Below are positions 60,023 through 64,000 of a stretch of DNA of 64,000 nt, piece by piece. Below the pieces are notes generated by a model. The model worked only from the letters and a program-made list of their open reading frames with translations, did no database searches and was not told where the DNA came from. Origin of the DNA: Akkermansiaceae bacterium. GTDB lineage: Bacteria; Verrucomicrobiota; Verrucomicrobiia; Verrucomicrobiales; Akkermansiaceae. Numbering within the stretch: the first letter of the stretch is position 1; each line of letters starts with the position of its first letter. Made by a program: the position numbers and the translations under genes. The DNA lies in contig JBPOGF010000011.1 in assembly GCA_051251915.1 (NCBI GenBank), forward strand, positions 32,001 to 96,000. The letters are read 5' to 3'.

Positions 60023-61294
60023 ATGTCTAACACCATCATTTGCGGTCTCCAATGGGGAGACGAAGGAAAAGGAAAAACCGTCGACTATCTCATGGAGACA
60101 GCCGACATCGTAGCTCGTGGCCAAGGCGGTAACAACGCCGGTCACACCGTCATAGCCAACGGCCAGAAATACGTCCTCCACCTCATCCCATCTGGCATCC
60201 TCTGGGATGGCAAAATCAATGTCATCGGAAACGGAGTAGTCATGGACCCAGTTGGACTATGTAAGGAAATTTCATCACTAGAAGAACAAGGCGTCTCAGT
60301 AACACCTGAAAAACTCTTCATCTCTGACCGCGCCCACGTAGTACTACCCTACCACTGTGAACTAGATGCAGCACGTGAAGCAGCACTCGGCGAGAATAAG
60401 ATCGGCACCACCAAGCGCGGTATCGGTCCTACATATGCTGACAAAGCAAACCGCATCGGCCTTAGACTAGCAGACTTCCAAGACGAAGCCACAGCACGCA
60501 AACTCATCGACATCCGTCTAGAAGAAGCCAACGAGCTCCTCACCAGACACGGACTCCCTACCTTCACAACCGACCAAGTGCTAGAGACCGTGATGCCTGC
60601 CATCAAACGTCTCCTACCACACGTCACCAACGTCATCCCATTACTCCACAAAGCATGGAAAGACGGCAAAACAATCCTCTTCGAAGGCGCCCAAGGCTCA
60701 CTCCTAGACATCGACTTCGGCACCTACCCATTTGTCACCTCATCTAACACCACCGCAGGTGGAGCCTGCACAGGTTGCGGACTCCCGCCCCACGCAGTGG
60801 AAAAAGTAGTCGGCGTATGCAAAGCCTACACCACTCGCGTAGGCGCTGGACCTATGCCCACCCTCGATGAAGAACTCTCAGATTTCTTCCACGATCGCGG
60901 CATGGAATTCGGAGCCACCACCGGCCGTCCACGTAGCTGCGGCTGGCTAGACACCGTCCTCCTCAGACTTGCAGTCATGGTAAATGGAGTCACAGACCTA
61001 GCCGTCACCATCCTCGATGGACTTGACGAACGCAAAACCCTCAAAATCTGCACAGCTTACGATGTAGAAGGAACCATCCACGAGTTCCCACCTGCATCCA
61101 GAGCCGACTGGGACAAAGCCGTCCCCGTCTATGAAGAACTCCCAGGCTGGGAAAGCGACACCACTAAAGCACGCTCATGGGACGAACTCCCAGAGAATGC
61201 CAAAGCCTATCTCACCAGACTATCCGAGCTCGTAGGAGCACCCATCTCCTACGTTGGAAATGGACCAGAAAGAGAACAAACGATCATCGTTTAA
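60023..61294 (+). CDS. purA: adenylosuccinate synthetase
   Basis: QWGDEGKGK, GGNNAGHT, GTTKRGIGP, EGAQG, GATTGRPR. Confidence 0.98.
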   Translation: MSNTIICGLQWGDEGKGKTVDYLMETADIVARGQGGNNAGHTVIANGQKYVLHLIPSGILWDGKINVIGNGVVMDPVGLCKEISSLEEQGVSVTPEKLFISDRAHVVLPYHCELDAAREAALGENKIGTTKRGIGPTYADKANRIGLRLADFQDEATARKLIDIRLEEANELLTRHGLPTFTTDQVLETVMPAIKRLLPHVTNVIPLLHKAWKDGKTILFEGAQGSLLDIDFGTYPFVTSSNTTAGGACTGCGLPPHAVEKVVGVCKAYTTRVGAGPMPTLDEELSDFFHDRGMEFGATTGRPRSCGWLDTVLLRLAVMVNGVTDLAVTILDGLDERKTLKICTAYDVEGTIHEFPPASRADWDKAVPVYEELPGWESDTTKARSWDELPENAKAYLTRLSELVGAPISYVGNGPEREQTIIV

Positions 61295-61311
61295 AACCAA
61301 CCCAATAACCA

Positions 61312-62232
61312 ATGAAAAAACTCATCACAAAGTCTATCGTTGCCTCACTAGCTCTCGGCTCATGGGCAATCGCACAAGAAGCGTCTCCCGCTGGAGCACC
61401 TGCACCAGCTCCAGAAATGGTCCAAAGCCCAGAAGAACTAGCTCCCCCTACCATCGAGGAAATCAGAGAAACATTCCCAAGCGCTAAGCCCGCAGGAGAA
61501 ACAGGAGAAATAAGCTCTCACGCTAGCATCCAAGTTCAAGACAATCAGCTATTCTTCGGAGGGTCCGACACCTCTAAGCTGATGAAAATCTACGGAAACC
61601 TACCTGAAAGCTATGATGGAGCCATCGTAGCCGATGATGAATCCTACATCATCACCTTCCAGTTCGAAGACTCAGGATATGTTAAAGACGATGAAAAAGA
61701 CGAACTCGATGCTGACGACCTCCTCCAAACCTTCAAAGACGCTCAAGTAGAAGCCAACAAAGCACGTATAGAAGCTGGTCTCGACACCAACACCATCGTC
61801 GGCTGGGCCACTGAGCCAAACTACAACGAATCTACCAACAACCTCGAATGGGCAATCATCGCCGAAGGCAGTGACGGCACACAATTCGTCAATCACCAGA
61901 TCAAACTACTCGGTCGCAAAGGAGTCATGGATGCCGTTCTTATCTGTGAGCCATCTCAGCTTGAAGCTCTCCGCCCTACACTAGACAAAACCCTAGCAGG
62001 CTTTGAATACGCAGACGGAAACAAATATGCCGAGTTCCAAGAAGGTGACAAAATCGCTGAATACGGCCTCAAAGGACTCATCGTAGGAGGTGGACTCCTA
62101 GCCGCTGGTAAACTAGGTTTCTTCGCTCTAATCGGAAAATTCTTCAAACAAATCGTAATCGGAGTCGTTGCTGTAGGCGCATTCTTCGTGAAGATGAAAA
62201 ACAAAATCTTCGGTTCAAAAGAAGCACAGTAA
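61312..62232 (+). CDS. DUF2167 domain membrane-anchored protein
   Basis: GYVKDDE, GWATEPNY, LGRKGV, GDKIAEYGL, C-terminal TM segment. Confidence 0.85.
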   Translation: MKKLITKSIVASLALGSWAIAQEASPAGAPAPAPEMVQSPEELAPPTIEEIRETFPSAKPAGETGEISSHASIQVQDNQLFFGGSDTSKLMKIYGNLPESYDGAIVADDESYIITFQFEDSGYVKDDEKDELDADDLLQTFKDAQVEANKARIEAGLDTNTIVGWATEPNYNESTNNLEWAIIAEGSDGTQFVNHQIKLLGRKGVMDAVLICEPSQLEALRPTLDKTLAGFEYADGNKYAEFQEGDKIAEYGLKGLIVGGGLLAAGKLGFFALIGKFFKQIVIGVVAVGAFFVKMKNKIFGSKEAQ

Positions 62233-62259
62233 TCCACTAGCTAGCCTAGCAACAACCAC

Positions 62260-63120
62260 ATGACTGACGGTCAAACATTCTACCTTATTCTATTAGGTTT
62301 TTATTTGACCACCGGTCTCAAAACAGGATCAAAAGACGCCTTTATCCTAAGGAATAAGTTTAGTTTTAAAAAAGGATGGTCACTAGGCCATCCTTTTGCC
62401 TTCCTCGGAGGCACCCAGAAATCCGTCTTCTTCAGCCACATCTCCCCTATCTACTCCTACTCCATTGTCGCAAATCAAGACAACAATGACGCCAAAATCC
62501 TCCCTCCTAGGCATGTAAAACGTATCATCCGCATCATTGCCAATGCCGCCAGCCGTATCAGGTTTCTCTCCTTCATCGTCTTCTACCTCTACTGCATTAT
62601 CGTCCCAGTAGTCTACTTCCAACACGGCGACACCCCCATCACCTACATCGCCATTCTCATCGCGCTACTCTTCCCCATCTTCCCCACCATCTGCTTCTTC
62701 TTCACCCATAAGAAAATTTCACCAAACGAAAGCAACGTCCGCTGGAAAAATAGCTTCTACGCCATCTTCATGCCCTGGCACGCCATGCGCCTAGCAGATT
62801 TCCTCTTCCAGAACCCCCACCTTAGCCAGATCCACCCCCTCAGCTACGCCAACATCACCACAGGCGAAGCCTCCCAAACCTACCTCTCCCAACAATACCG
62901 CAACACCCTACACAGAACCACCAGCCTCTACACCAAACAGGAATTCCAACAATTTTTCCAGAATTCAGACCTCACCCCACAAGACTTCACCACTCCCCCC
63001 ACACCAGAAGACCCCACAGAACAGCAATACTGCCCCTGCTGCCACAGCTTCTTCACCGACCAAACCAACCACTGCACCGACTGCGAAAACTTACCTCTAG
63101 TTAAAATACAAGAAATTTAA
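62260..63120 (+). CDS. hypothetical membrane protein with C-terminal zinc ribbon
   Basis: TM segments; YCPCC...CTDC. Confidence 0.7.
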   Translation: MTDGQTFYLILLGFYLTTGLKTGSKDAFILRNKFSFKKGWSLGHPFAFLGGTQKSVFFSHISPIYSYSIVANQDNNDAKILPPRHVKRIIRIIANAASRIRFLSFIVFYLYCIIVPVVYFQHGDTPITYIAILIALLFPIFPTICFFFTHKKISPNESNVRWKNSFYAIFMPWHAMRLADFLFQNPHLSQIHPLSYANITTGEASQTYLSQQYRNTLHRTTSLYTKQEFQQFFQNSDLTPQDFTTPPTPEDPTEQQYCPCCHSFFTDQTNHCTDCENLPLVKIQEI

Positions 63121-63229
63121 CTCCTGCTTCATAGCCATATTAGCTCTCCAAGTGTAGAACTATCGGCTCTACCCAGATAAAATCAAACTGATCATCCTCC
63201 AAGTTTTCACAGAACACATGAGATCTCTG

Positions 63230-63895
63230 CTATCGACGTCGACGTTGAATCGCTGCCAGTGCACTCAGACCGAGTAGCAGGATTGAACTAGGCTCAGGCA
63301 CACCAATCAGTCGAAAATCGTGTCGGCTACCGTCGGGGTTAGCACCGGCGTCCCAGGTAGCACCGCCATCCTCGCTAAAGTGATGATTCCCTTGGTTAAG
63401 AAGTGACGTCCAGAAGAAGTCATCTTCGGCGTCGTCAGATGTGTCTGTGACAATCGAAATCCAGTAGTTCGTCCCAGCATTGAAGCTAAAACCAATGTCG
63501 GCAGAATAGTCGTAAATGTTGGTTACTCCAAATAAGTCGACACCAGAATCTTGACGATTGACGGCATTACCAACATTGAAGCTAGCAAGTATCGAGCTAC
63601 CATTCGGTGCACCAGATGCATCTGCAAAGATTGAAATCGTAAAGAGGTCTGTCTCTGGTGCCGTTTGAGCACTGCCTAGATAAACTCCAGTCCACTGGAT
63701 ACCCGTAACGGTCGTCGCGGAAGCAAACATAACATCGTCAGCCTGCATAAACCCACTATCTACGTCAGATCCAAAACTCTGGTTGACTCCTGAAGATCCC
63801 CCAGCATTGTTGTCGAAAAGAATGGTTTGCCCCATGGCCAGTCCGCTTGAGAATACGGTCAATAAACAGAAGTAAGTATAAGGTGATTTCTTCAT
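63230..63895 (-). CDS. PEP-CTERM sorting domain protein
   Basis: Signal peptide; C-terminal VPEPSS + hydrophobic helix + RRRR. Confidence 0.92.
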   Translation of the reverse strand: MKKSPYTYFCLLTVFSSGLAMGQTILFDNNAGGSSGVNQSFGSDVDSGFMQADDVMFASATTVTGIQWTGVYLGSAQTAPETDLFTISIFADASGAPNGSSILASFNVGNAVNRQDSGVDLFGVTNIYDYSADIGFSFNAGTNYWISIVTDTSDDAEDDFFWTSLLNQGNHHFSEDGGATWDAGANPDGSRHDFRLIGVPEPSSILLLGLSALAAIQRRRR

Positions 63896-64000
63896 AGTAT
63901 TTTTTTAATATATTGGTTTACAGTATAGGAATAAAAACTGTGATGATCATTTTTTCCCAGACATCACACACTATAAGGAATTGATTATAAGACATCAAGC

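Noticed and set aside
5424..62625. Many antisense or nested ORFs in the track (e.g. 5424-5858, 11346-11981, 15105-15647, 20702-21322, 24495-25055)
   Set aside because: They are shadows of well-supported genes on the other strand or frame and carry no recognisable motifs
1..64000. CRISPR array, rRNA, prophage or defence system
   Set aside because: No regularly spaced repeats, rRNA-like segments, or phage, transposase or nuclease ORFs were recognised

Overview
64 kb of bacterial chromosome, most likely Verrucomicrobiota (PVC-type heme CxxCH proteins, a PEP-CTERM protein, SecA with insertions); the taxon is inferred from protein families only. Most of it is housekeeping: gltA, tsaB, coaX, ROK kinase, grpE-dnaJ-tadA, folP, lepA, ispD, trpE-trpG, secA, ilvB-ilvN, carA, purA. 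Points of interest: (1) an intact tRNA-Leu gene with the rare bacterial anticodon AAG (A34), about 12 kb from tadA. (2) A six-gene envelope operon (22.9-31.7 kb): DUF4175-like coiled-coil membrane protein, secreted helical protein, prenyltransferase-repeat barrel, and three paralogous secreted proteins sharing one uncharacterised modular architecture. (3) A 214-bp MITE-like element with 20-bp terminal inverted repeats and an 11-bp flanking direct repeat. (4) A 4.48-kb tandem duplication of a 1371-aa PVC cytochrome-c protein, including promoter, 5' hairpin and terminator. (5) Apparent Cys-to-Ser loss in two adjacent zinc-ribbon-like proteins and a Cys-free SecA tail. (6) An ATP-grasp-like gene behind trpE-trpG. 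No CRISPR array, rRNA, transposase or prophage was seen. All family calls come from motif recognition by eye, not database searches.
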